Virus record (IMG/VR): IMGVR_UViG_3300047585_000208
Location: 1-64,000 of that record
Strand: one strand, 5' to 3'
DNA from: a virus
Length of the DNA stretch: 64,000 nucleotides
The notes under the pieces were generated by a model. The model was not told the DNA's origin. It saw only the letters and a program-made list of their open reading frames with translations, and did not search any database. Shown here in pieces: positions 56,036 to 64,000 of this stretch; the first letter of the stretch is position 1, and each line of letters begins with the position of its first letter. The translations under genes and the position numbers were made by a program.

Positions 56036-58705
56036 ATGACGAACCTTTCAAGCCGAATGATTTGGTACGACGTTTTGCAGTGTCTTAATATTGAGACTAC
56101 AACCAAGTCGCTTCCTTGCACAGCCCAGTGTCCTGCGTGCAAAGCGCTTACCCTCCTTATTATGAACGATCAAACGTTTGGCGGAGAGTGGTACTACTGT
56201 ACGAGTTGTAAGATATCAGGAGATAATTTTGACATATGGCAACTTGGTTCTGGATTACCTCCGGTAGAAGCGGCTTTTCGAGCTGCTGAACTGCGGCTGA
56301 TGGCAGACCGCCCAAGCTACGCCGATATTGACGAACATACAGCTCAAGTCAACGAACGAAATGCTAACCTCGAAGTTCTTCGGGAATCTCAAGACTATAT
56401 GCGATCGACCTCCTCGCTCGCGAGGATATTCCCGTTCATCGACGCTAAGAACTCGGACTGGCCCGAAAGATGCGGGAAATTTGTAGGCGCTCTAAGCCGT
56501 ATGCGACTGGCAGAAGTAGTAGTGCCACGCAGGCTCGATAACATTTCCACGAGCCTTCGCCGAAGTATGTTCGGAAAACAGCACCTAAAACCTGAATGGA
56601 ACGAAGTCCTCATAATTCCTTTTTGGGACATGCCGGGAAGGCTATCAGCGGTTACTGGAACTACTTATGACGGACAGCAGTTCTATACTCGCTACATAGC
56701 TGCGCCTTTTAATAAAAAGCCTGGGTCTGGCTTACGGACTGGCGCAGCAATGCTTCAAGTAGGCCTTGATCCGGCAATAAGGCCATTTGCTAAACCATTT
56801 GGCGCTATCCTTGTAGCAATTGATCCTCTAATGGCGCTTGAGCAGCACGCTAGGCAATTCCAAACCTCTGACGAGATATTACCCCTCGTAACGGTTTACC
56901 CGACGGCTAGAGCTTTTCAGTTCAAGCAAGTTTTCGACAACAGACCTATCGTCTTTGTTGGTCGGGAAAACCATGAACTTCCGCTGCTCTTCAAGTGTGC
57001 TCGCGAGCTGGATACTCGTATAGCAGTTATTGAAACAGACCATGTGGCTGGTCCTACTCGTCATTACATGACAACCGACAAAACTTGTCGTGCGTGGATG
57101 GAGTATGAACTTCAGTTTGCTAAGCCTTGGGCAGACGTGCTTGAGCAGCAGCTCGCAAAAATGCAAGCAACTGAAGCAGGACCGTTTCTAGAGAAAGTTG
57201 GATTTACCCAGGACGCCGCTTCGGCCTTTATTAGAGGCTGCCCAGCTACACTGCGTAACCGCCTTACTTTCTTAACAACTGAATCAAAAACTAAGTCAAC
57301 TAAGATCGGGACGATCGAAATAGTCGAAACAGAAGCTGGCTGGCGCATTGCTAAGACGAAGGAGCTTATTTGCAATGCTTCTTTCCGAATCGACGAGCTC
57401 GTGTACATGCAAAGCACCGGTAAGACACTAGCGTCAGGGGTAATCCGGTTCAACGGAGAAGATATTCCATTCTCAGCTCCTTACAGTTCTTTTGACCTAG
57501 CGCCGTTTAGGTGGTTTAAGCACTATCTACTGAAGCTTGGCAAAGGTGTGCTTTCTTTCCATTCCTCTTGGCAAAAACACGCTATCCACATATCGGAGAA
57601 CTTTCATAAGCCGGTTAGTCGCTCTGTAGCTGGAACCTACGGCTGGGACGAACCAAACAAAAATTGGCTCTTTCCTCACTGGACAATCGAAGACGGTGGT
57701 AAGGTCGTGGAGCACAGTGTTACTGATTTTGAAACTCCGTTTAGGCCGTGCCATGTCATTGCCAAACCCAGGAAGTTCACAATTCAGGAGCTCCTCGATC
57801 TTGGAGATATGAACTCAGTTGGTTTTTGGAAGCTTACTGGGGCAGTGCTAGCTAACCTGCTCGCAAAGAGATATTCAGCCAAACCAACTGGAATAGGCCT
57901 CATTGGTTGGAAGCTGCAGTCAACTCTGCCTCTCCTGGAACAACTCGGCTGCGCCTTAATAAAGCGTGGTAATCCAAGAAAGTGGCACAGAAGCCCGGAT
58001 CGCTGGCATGAATACGAGCTAGCTGAACAATGGCCTCTTGCTATGGAGCAGCTTGTGCGCGGCCAGAGGTGGTGGGACTGGATAGCGCAGCCAGAGCATA
58101 ACTGCATTGCTTGCTTTATTCCACTCCAAGGTAGGCTTGCCGCCCTGACTTACGGCTGGACTTTGATCCAAGAGCCACTTTGGGATCGAGTAATGCATTA
58201 CTCAGAATTCGCAAGATTCGTTGTACCGTCTGTGCTCCAGTGGATCGAGGGATCGAATAAGAAAATCAAACTGCACAGCCGCGGGATGTTCGATTGGGCA
58301 TTTGAGATTCTGAGGGAGTGGTTTACTGCGGAAGGTGGGAATCCGGTCGCAATCAACTATGCTGCGCTTGATATCGATGAAACGAACAGCCCGGGGATGA
58401 AGTTTGGTTATGCCCTTCAGGCGGCGCTGAAGAGGAATTTGCTAATAACAACAACAGAAGGGGTTGATGAAGCAGCTGGAACTCTTGTGCTAACTCGCAA
58501 TCAGAAGATTTGGCTAGCTGAAGCAGATCTCAGGACAGCGATTATCAAGAGCCGATCACCAAGGATTCCTGAAGAGCTCGTAACGAAGGAACTTGAAGCT
58601 GCGAAGGTTTTAAGCGAGAGAATTCGTATGGGTGAGAGAGGCTGGCTCTTTGACGAAAAGTGGTTTAGCTCTTGTAAAAGGAGAATTGCAAACGACGAAG
58701 AGTGA
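56036..58705 (+). CDS. primase-like protein with N-terminal Zn ribbon
   Basis: CPAC...WYYCTSC...GD; LIIPFWD..G (DnaG-like); GGAG RBS before ATG 56036. Confidence 0.55.
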   Translation: MTNLSSRMIWYDVLQCLNIETTTKSLPCTAQCPACKALTLLIMNDQTFGGEWYYCTSCKISGDNFDIWQLGSGLPPVEAAFRAAELRLMADRPSYADIDEHTAQVNERNANLEVLRESQDYMRSTSSLARIFPFIDAKNSDWPERCGKFVGALSRMRLAEVVVPRRLDNISTSLRRSMFGKQHLKPEWNEVLIIPFWDMPGRLSAVTGTTYDGQQFYTRYIAAPFNKKPGSGLRTGAAMLQVGLDPAIRPFAKPFGAILVAIDPLMALEQHARQFQTSDEILPLVTVYPTARAFQFKQVFDNRPIVFVGRENHELPLLFKCARELDTRIAVIETDHVAGPTRHYMTTDKTCRAWMEYELQFAKPWADVLEQQLAKMQATEAGPFLEKVGFTQDAASAFIRGCPATLRNRLTFLTTESKTKSTKIGTIEIVETEAGWRIAKTKELICNASFRIDELVYMQSTGKTLASGVIRFNGEDIPFSAPYSSFDLAPFRWFKHYLLKLGKGVLSFHSSWQKHAIHISENFHKPVSRSVAGTYGWDEPNKNWLFPHWTIEDGGKVVEHSVTDFETPFRPCHVIAKPRKFTIQELLDLGDMNSVGFWKLTGAVLANLLAKRYSAKPTGIGLIGWKLQSTLPLLEQLGCALIKRGNPRKWHRSPDRWHEYELAEQWPLAMEQLVRGQRWWDWIAQPEHNCIACFIPLQGRLAALTYGWTLIQEPLWDRVMHYSEFARFVVPSVLQWIEGSNKKIKLHSRGMFDWAFEILREWFTAEGGNPVAINYAALDIDETNSPGMKFGYALQAALKRNLLITTTEGVDEAAGTLVLTRNQKIWLAEADLRTAIIKSRSPRIPEELVTKELEAAKVLSERIRMGERGWLFDEKWFSSCKRRIANDEE

Positions 58706-58753
58706 TTTGCTGGTGAACTGCTGGATAATGGCGTCATAGCTAGGAGAAAAGTT

Positions 58754-59215
58754 ATGACGCCATATATTCGCTGGATGATTCGGATGGACATCCAAAGGTT
58801 ACTCACGATAGAAGAGAACAGCTTTGACCAACCCTGGGACGAAAAGACGTTTTTAGATCAGATGCGGAAAAGGGATGTGATTGGGCTGGTTTCTGAAGTT
58901 GACGGGATCGTCGCTGGGTACATAATGTACTCGCTGGAAGACGGCTGGATGAGACTTTTAAATTTGGCCGTGACGCCGGAGCTTAGGCGGCAATCAATAG
59001 GCTCACAGTTGGTGATGAAATTGAAGTCGAAGCTGGAGCTCCACAAAAGAGAGTTCATTGAGATTACGGTTCGTGAAGGAAATACAGTCGCACAGGTATT
59101 TTTCCGTGAACTTGGTTTCGTGTGCGAGTTGCCAGTGTTGCGCAGTCATTTTGAGGACCCAGTTGAAGATGGGTATCAACTTTTTTACAGACTTCGAAAA
59201 AAGATTAAAGAATAA
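58754..59215 (+). CDS. rimI: RimI-like GNAT N-acetyltransferase
   Basis: IRWM..D...IE..SF..PW; LNLAV.PE.RRQ.IG; VRE.N..AQ.FF..LGF; EDGY. Confidence 0.85.
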   Translation: MTPYIRWMIRMDIQRLLTIEENSFDQPWDEKTFLDQMRKRDVIGLVSEVDGIVAGYIMYSLEDGWMRLLNLAVTPELRRQSIGSQLVMKLKSKLELHKREFIEITVREGNTVAQVFFRELGFVCELPVLRSHFEDPVEDGYQLFYRLRKKIKE

Positions 59216-59241
59216 ACCAGATTACTTCAACTGACCAGAAG

Positions 59242-61125
59242 CTATTGAATTCCAAAGAAACCGGCCATACCGTCATCGGAAGGCCCGTAGTGCTGCGGAG
59301 ATAGCATTTGCATTTGGCTTTCGGATATTTTCGTATTTGCTACTTCTGCCAAATCTGGCCAAGAGCCTTTTATATGGCACGCGGCGCACACAGCGAAATT
59401 CACACTGTGCGCATAGTCGTCTGAACGCCCAACCGCCCTAACAATTGTGTAAACGTCTCTACCTCTAGCTGATTCCATTTTGTTTTCAGTCAGCGCAAGG
59501 AAGTCGTCCAGCAGCCCAACTTCATCCGAGTCGACGTAGTCATAGGCAAACGTACGAATGTATTGGAACTTTAGGAGCGTGCACGTGTTGACAAGACTGC
59601 GCGCTTTATCGAGTAACCAATAATTCCTGGAATTCTTAACTTCACTCTTGTGAAATGAAATTAGAGATTTAGACGAACAATATACAAATGGGACCAATTG
59701 TTCTATTGGTAAACCCATGTGGACCATCAAAGCTTCACGTACAGCGCCGCTGCCGCAATTATCATGAGCACAAAAATGGCAACGGAACTTTTGATAGTCC
59801 TGGAGGATTGAAATTCCTTCAGAAATCTGGTCGGCTGGGTTAAGTAATTGACGACCATAAATGACATCAAACTTACCGTCAGGTCTAACACCCAAAACAC
59901 AATACTTTGTAAGGCTGACGGCCTGCCGCTCACCGCTACTAACAGTTTCGGCTTTCAAACCGGAACCCCAGTCGACACCCATAATTCTCAAAATGTAATC
60001 ATCGAGATGGCGTAAAGCTTCTGTAGGTTCGTTCCGGCATAGTGGATCATTTTTCCACGGAAGTATAGCAGCATTCATCAAGTCCGTCTTCGTGACAAGT
60101 TTAATCCCCTGGTCACAGCTCTCGCCCAAAACCTCGTTGTCAAAGTTAGCTGGAGAAGTGTTGTCTTTTCCCTCTCGCTTTCCTAAAAGGGTCTTCCAGC
60201 GATCTCGTTTCGCATAATGCATTGGCATGATAATTTGAGGAATGTGCATACCAAAAAAATCCCATCTACGCTCTGGTCTCGAATGCAACCATCGTCCCGT
60301 TCTGGGGTTAATCGGTCTTTGGCACTTAGCACAAACCACCCCCGGGGCATGTTCAGAGATATCTTCGCGATCTGGGCCAATCATCTTGTCAATATCAAAA
60401 GCTTTAGCGGGGATATTGCTATAGTTACAAGCCGGACAGACGATCAACCATTCCGCCTGAGAGCTACTCTGCCAAAGGGATTCCAGGGTATTGTCGAGCG
60501 TCAGAGCTGTCCCACTATACTGCGTCAACCGCCACTGGCTAGCGCTCAGAACTTCCTTGATAACAGGCAACAAGTCAATACTGATGTTTTGAACTTCGTC
60601 GATTAGGAGATTATCAATAGCGAGACCGCGGATTCGGTCCGCGTCAGTTAAAGCAAAGCTAAAAAAAATCTTAGACAAATTACTAAAGCTACGCTGTAAA
60701 ACCGACGCATCGACTGTGGTACCCATAAGCAGTTGCTTAATCGGCGACTGGTCAATGAGTGGTCGGACGTACTGTGTGGACTCTCTTTTCGACTGCTCAA
60801 ACCTTGGCGCAACGTACAGCACAGAATAATAGGCTATAGCTGCGCACCTCAAAACGGCGTTGACAGCGATAGTCTGCGACTTCCCGACTTGCCGAGCCGC
60901 TTTAACAACGCTCTGCAACGGCGATCTAACCTGAAACATTGTCTCAAATGGAAAATGGTCTTTAAGCGTAAACGGCTTTCCGCGCAAATTGAACAATAGC
61001 GGCAAAACTGGCGCGAGGTTTGTAACCCGCCCACTTGCCATCAACTGACAAAACGCATTCACCTTCTCTACATCTGACAACCCTTTTCCCGATAACGATT
61101 TAACAGCGTTCTCTATGTCATGCAT
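59242..61125 (-). CDS. terL: terminase large subunit (GpA-like)
   Basis: Walker A ARQVGKS; DRIRG; Walker B LLIDE; CPAC/CAKC Zn motifs; nuclease MGVDWG; DDYAH. Confidence 0.88.
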   Translation of the reverse strand: MHDIENAVKSLSGKGLSDVEKVNAFCQLMASGRVTNLAPVLPLLFNLRGKPFTLKDHFPFETMFQVRSPLQSVVKAARQVGKSQTIAVNAVLRCAAIAYYSVLYVAPRFEQSKRESTQYVRPLIDQSPIKQLLMGTTVDASVLQRSFSNLSKIFFSFALTDADRIRGLAIDNLLIDEVQNISIDLLPVIKEVLSASQWRLTQYSGTALTLDNTLESLWQSSSQAEWLIVCPACNYSNIPAKAFDIDKMIGPDREDISEHAPGVVCAKCQRPINPRTGRWLHSRPERRWDFFGMHIPQIIMPMHYAKRDRWKTLLGKREGKDNTSPANFDNEVLGESCDQGIKLVTKTDLMNAAILPWKNDPLCRNEPTEALRHLDDYILRIMGVDWGSGLKAETVSSGERQAVSLTKYCVLGVRPDGKFDVIYGRQLLNPADQISEGISILQDYQKFRCHFCAHDNCGSGAVREALMVHMGLPIEQLVPFVYCSSKSLISFHKSEVKNSRNYWLLDKARSLVNTCTLLKFQYIRTFAYDYVDSDEVGLLDDFLALTENKMESARGRDVYTIVRAVGRSDDYAHSVNFAVCAACHIKGSWPDLAEVANTKISESQMQMLSPQHYGPSDDGMAGFFGIQ

Positions 61126-61212
61126 GTCCGAAACCCTTCAATTTCCCATTGACACCCCAAGAGGGTGCTTCTCCTGTATTAGCTAGACGGTTTTACATCA
61201 CAGGAGAATTTA

Positions 61213-61365
61213 GTGCAGCATCAAGAGTTCTTTCCGCGTTATGCAACAACTACGATAGCAGGCGGTTGCATCATCTGGTTTTGTGGCCTAGGCCCTTGGG
61301 CTTTAATTGGAGCGTCCATAGCTCTCGTCCTTAGTAAGTCTTTCCTTAACGAGCTAGACGATTAG
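61213..61365 (+). CDS. small membrane protein (50 aa)
   Basis: AGGAG RBS with GTG start; hydrophobic. Confidence 0.5.
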   Translation: MQHQEFFPRYATTTIAGGCIIWFCGLGPWALIGASIALVLSKSFLNELDD

Positions 61366-61454
61366 TATACGCTCGCAGCTGAGTAACGCATTACTCAGGC
61401 CCTACAGCAGAAGGTAATCTGCTGCTTTCATAAATTCAATTAAGGAGTTTCGCA

Positions 61455-61874
61455 ATGGAAGAAGTAATGACAGCGGCAATGGAAAATTGGCAGCTATGGC
61501 TACTGGGAGTGCTCGGGGTTATAGCTGTATGGCCAATTGGCGGTAAATTTACCATGGGGCTATTCTCAACGGGGGATTTTAGTGACGACATCGCATTTTG
61601 GCTTTGGCCAGCGCTCCTGCCAATGCTTGCAGTGGTCGCGGGGCTTACCGTTACAGTAGCTGTAGCTCACCGAGCTGGTTTAGCGGTTTATGCACTGTAC
61701 CCAAAAGGGAGTTCACTGCATAAAACGCGGGTATTTAAAGCTGGACAAGCTGTTGATTACATGATTACTTGGTTAATTTGCCCGGATGACTGTAAAACGT
61801 TTAAGATTCACCCAAGCAAAGCGTCACAATCCGATTCCAAGTACCCCGTCTTCGGCTACCCAAAGGGTCACTAA
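61455..61874 (+). CDS. membrane protein (xWP family)
   Basis: AAGGAG RBS; two TM segments; FWLWP. Confidence 0.7.
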   Translation: MEEVMTAAMENWQLWLLGVLGVIAVWPIGGKFTMGLFSTGDFSDDIAFWLWPALLPMLAVVAGLTVTVAVAHRAGLAVYALYPKGSSLHKTRVFKAGQAVDYMITWLICPDDCKTFKIHPSKASQSDSKYPVFGYPKGH

Positions 61875-61883
61875 GGAGCGCCA

Positions 61884-62216
61884 ATGCTAACAATCCTCTT
61901 TAGTGGCTGGCCTTACTTCTTGCTCGGACTCCTCTTGACCATCCTCGTTTGGCGAATTGGTTATCACACAACTCTCGGGATCTGCAACGCAAACGAGCAA
62001 GACAGGGGCTGTGGGTTAGTTTTTCTGTTCTGGCCAGTAATTGCAGCTTTCATTGTTATCGTGTCTGCGCTTATTCCCGTCTGTGTGGCCTTACCTCGCT
62101 TAGCGAGATGGCTTCAAGGTGGAGCTAAATTTTCAAAGGCTAACCCACCTGTTACTTACAAGTTCGGTAAATGGTGGATTGATCAAGTTCAAACCTTCTA
62201 CAAACTCAGTAGCTAA
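61884..62216 (+). CDS. membrane protein (xWP family)
   Basis: AAGGAG RBS; FLFWP. Confidence 0.7.
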   Translation: MLTILFSGWPYFLLGLLLTILVWRIGYHTTLGICNANEQDRGCGLVFLFWPVIAAFIVIVSALIPVCVALPRLARWLQGGAKFSKANPPVTYKFGKWWIDQVQTFYKLSS

Positions 62217-62227
62217 AGGAGACCTAA

Positions 62228-62659
62228 ATGGTTGAAATCTTCCTTTTACTGGTTCTTGCTTCGATCGCTCTTTCAAGAGCCTGGCACGAAAGTCCGCTGT
62301 TTATCGCTGCTCGCGAGTACACCAAAGCTTGGCAAACACTTCCGGGATTTAAAGGTTTTGTCGGTAAGCTCGCGAATTGTCATGTTTGTAACGCGTTTCA
62401 CTTTACGTTTTTGCTCCTCGTCCTATTCATTTTGCTGCCAATGCTACTTGGCGGCGGAGCTCCTTTTCTTGGAGAACTAATTTTGACTTGCCTCTCAGCC
62501 ACAACTTTAGTACACTGGCACGGGGACATTAAGAACTATTCAGGAGCACCCCGTGAGTCGAAAGAAAGGCAAGAAGGTCCGTATTCAGAAGCCACCGGAG
62601 CCCCTTTTGGAAGCGCCGGTCAGCCAGATCATACAAGAGCTTGGTCCAGATGCCGCTAA
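62228..62659 (+). CDS. DUF1360-like membrane protein
   Basis: TM...LF...R....G.L..CxxC...F pattern. Confidence 0.55.
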   Translation: MVEIFLLLVLASIALSRAWHESPLFIAAREYTKAWQTLPGFKGFVGKLANCHVCNAFHFTFLLLVLFILLPMLLGGGAPFLGELILTCLSATTLVHWHGDIKNYSGAPRESKERQEGPYSEATGAPFGSAGQPDHTRAWSRCR

Positions 62660-63182
62660 CTGGGACGCTACAATAATTGGCGACGGCAGCGGCAGTACTT
62701 GGGACGGCTCGTGCGGCTGGGCTTCAGTAATCGTTGATAAACACAGCGGAGTTCGAAAAGCTTTTAAAGGGGCTATGACACCCGGTACAAGTTTTCTTGG
62801 CGAGATCTTCGCGTACATCCAGCCTTTACTTTGGTATTCGCGTAACCCTGGAAGGCATTACTTAAGAAAGGCGATGCAAGACCACGCCTTTGCACAGCTA
62901 AAAGTAAACATCATTACAGACTCTGAAACACTGGCTAGGCAGGGGCGTGGTCTGTATTCCCGTGGCGGCTCGCAGCCGCTGTGGCAGATGATTGACAGTA
63001 TTGCAAGCGAAGGGTACAGCTTTAGGTGGTTTTGGATCCGAAGAGATCGAACCGGGCTCAATATGCTCGTTGACCATTTGTCGAGAATGTGCCGAAAAGC
63101 TGTTGAAGATGTTAGCCTGCCCGAAGGAACTAAACTCGAAGATTTTAATCCGGATGTTGCAGAAGAAGGAAGTCAGATATGA
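62553..63182 (+). CDS. RNase H (type 1)-like protein
   Basis: IIGDGS...GWA; GE; IITDS; LW; W; N..VD.LS acidic tetrad. Confidence 0.75.
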   Translation: MSRKKGKKVRIQKPPEPLLEAPVSQIIQELGPDAANWDATIIGDGSGSTWDGSCGWASVIVDKHSGVRKAFKGAMTPGTSFLGEIFAYIQPLLWYSRNPGRHYLRKAMQDHAFAQLKVNIITDSETLARQGRGLYSRGGSQPLWQMIDSIASEGYSFRWFWIRRDRTGLNMLVDHLSRMCRKAVEDVSLPEGTKLEDFNPDVAEEGSQI

Positions 63183-63481
63183 GCGATTTTGCCGGAGCGC
63201 CAACTATAACGACACCGGAAGGCGGTCATCAGAGTAAGTGCTGTATGCGAGCAGACTTACTGCCATTTAAAGCTTTGCGAGATATTTCTCAGGTTCTAGG
63301 TGAAGGTGCTAGGAAGTACGGAGTAGGCAACTGGAAGCTTATCCCAGTCGTGGATCATTTAAATCACGCCGTTGCTCACATCATGGCGAGCCTAGATGGT
63401 AACAGCGAAGAGCCTCATCTGCTGCACGCGGGGTGCCGCATACTCTTCGCAATCGAGTGTAATCGTGATAAAGCTGAGTAA
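63179..63481 (+). CDS. dATP/dGTP diphosphohydrolase N-terminal domain (DUF5664-like) protein
   Basis: R.DLLP..AL..I..VL..GA.KYG..NW......HL.HA..H........HL.HA.C. Confidence 0.8.
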   Translation: MSDFAGAPTITTPEGGHQSKCCMRADLLPFKALRDISQVLGEGARKYGVGNWKLIPVVDHLNHAVAHIMASLDGNSEEPHLLHAGCRILFAIECNRDKAE

Positions 63482-63505
63482 CGCATTACTCAAAAGGAGA
63501 AAGCT

Positions 63506-63805
63506 ATGACGTCTGAATGGATTCTTTACGGGTTACTTGGGTTGGTCGTCTACTGGCGGATAGCTGTTTTTACTTGCGCTGTTGCTTACGCAGCGCTTGG
63601 TGCGCCGAGGTATTTTGATTTTTCCGCAGGAATGGAGTACGTCGGAGCAATTTTTTGGCCTATAACCTGGGTTGTAATCGGGTGCGCTGTTGTTATTGGT
63701 ACTTGCTGTAAAGTCCTGCAGAACGCCGGTAATTCTAGCCCAAAAGGCTTAATCAACAAAGCCGGTGCCAAAATCGGCAATATCGTTTACAAAAGTGTTA
63801 ACTAG
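63506..63805 (+). CDS. membrane protein (xWP family)
   Basis: Palindrome plus AAGGAG; AIFWP. Confidence 0.7.
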   Translation: MTSEWILYGLLGLVVYWRIAVFTCAVAYAALGAPRYFDFSAGMEYVGAIFWPITWVVIGCAVVIGTCCKVLQNAGNSSPKGLINKAGAKIGNIVYKSVN

Positions 63806-63858
63806 GAGCAAAAGATGGAGCTTTCGTATATCCCGCTTGTGGTCTAAGGTAATTTCTC

Positions 63859-63887
63859 TTGACACCTAGCCTTTCATAGGCTATGAT
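63859..63887 (+). promoter_or_regulatory. sigma70-type promoter TTGACA-N17-TATGAT
   Basis: Near-consensus hexamers with 17-bp spacing, followed by AAGGAG RBS. Confidence 0.75.
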
Positions 63888-63909
63888 GCTTAAATATCAA
63901 GGAGTTGCC

Positions 63910-64000
63910 GTGCAACGAGCCGCTAAAGTCACATTGAAGTTTACGACTCAAGCAAAGCGCGACAAGCTGGCTGCGTTGCTCCGTCGGTATAGGTCAGCTG
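63910..64000 (+). mobile_element. 5' end of a probable TnpB-like (IS200/IS605/IS607-family) gene, runs off the window
   Basis: MQRAAKVTLKFTTQAKRDKLAALLRRYRSA resembles TnpB N-termini; only 30 codons are visible. Confidence 0.5.

Larger units (their letters stand above)
324..63492. repeat. Dispersed 18-bp palindrome TGAGTAA-N4-TTACTCA (about 27 full or near-full copies plus 3 degenerate)
   Basis: Copies start near 324, 842, 2459, 5646, 11962, 13819, 14076, 15177, 15583, 17366, 22022, 25341, 32008, 33763, 36748, 40830, 42519, 47755, 49362, 50565, 53241, 53555, 54196, 54515, 58188, 61380 and 63475. Degenerate copies at 46071, 53885 and 55774. Confidence 0.95.

Noticed and set aside
63179-63481. 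Evidence for a 2-aminoadenine (Z) genome
   Set aside because: This domain is widespread in phages, and no purZ or datZ is present in the window.
324-63492. Palindrome as a CRISPR repeat or integron attC site
   Set aside because: Copies are 18 bp and separated by whole genes (about 0.25-6.6 kb), not by 30-40-bp spacers. There is no attC-type RYYYAAC/GTTRRRY architecture and no cas or integrase gene in the window.

Overview
The window looks like part of a large contractile-tailed (myovirus-like, probably jumbo) phage genome. It carries a GpA-type terminase large subunit, neck, tail sheath, tube, chaperone, tape-measure and baseplate genes, a phage sigma factor, RNA ligase 1, RNase H, a primase-like protein, tRNA-Gly(TCC) and the start of a TnpB-like gene. 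Several cargo genes (DUF1559 prepilin, RimI, two CxxCH proteins, TIGR03000-like and PPC-like domains) point to a Planctomycete host. The most striking locus (3288-11921) is an apparently complete phage-encoded ubiquitin-like conjugation pathway. It has two Ubl genes (one lacking the conjugatable Gly), three E2 paralogs with long CxxC arrays, a JAB/MPN+ isopeptidase fused to eight copies of an unrecognised domain, and a ThiF-type E1. The second main signal is an 18-bp palindrome, TGAGTAA-N4-TTACTCA, present about 27-30 times. It lies mostly at gene junctions, often supplying the upstream stop codon, and sometimes inside genes. Other signals: a sigma28-like promoter motif that may belong to the phage sigma factor, a conserved hairpin in front of terminators, a 7-member small-protein paralog family, Gly-rich mini-ORFs and a likely -1 frameshift in the tail chaperone. 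All family calls come from reading motifs by eye; no database searches were run, and counts are manual.
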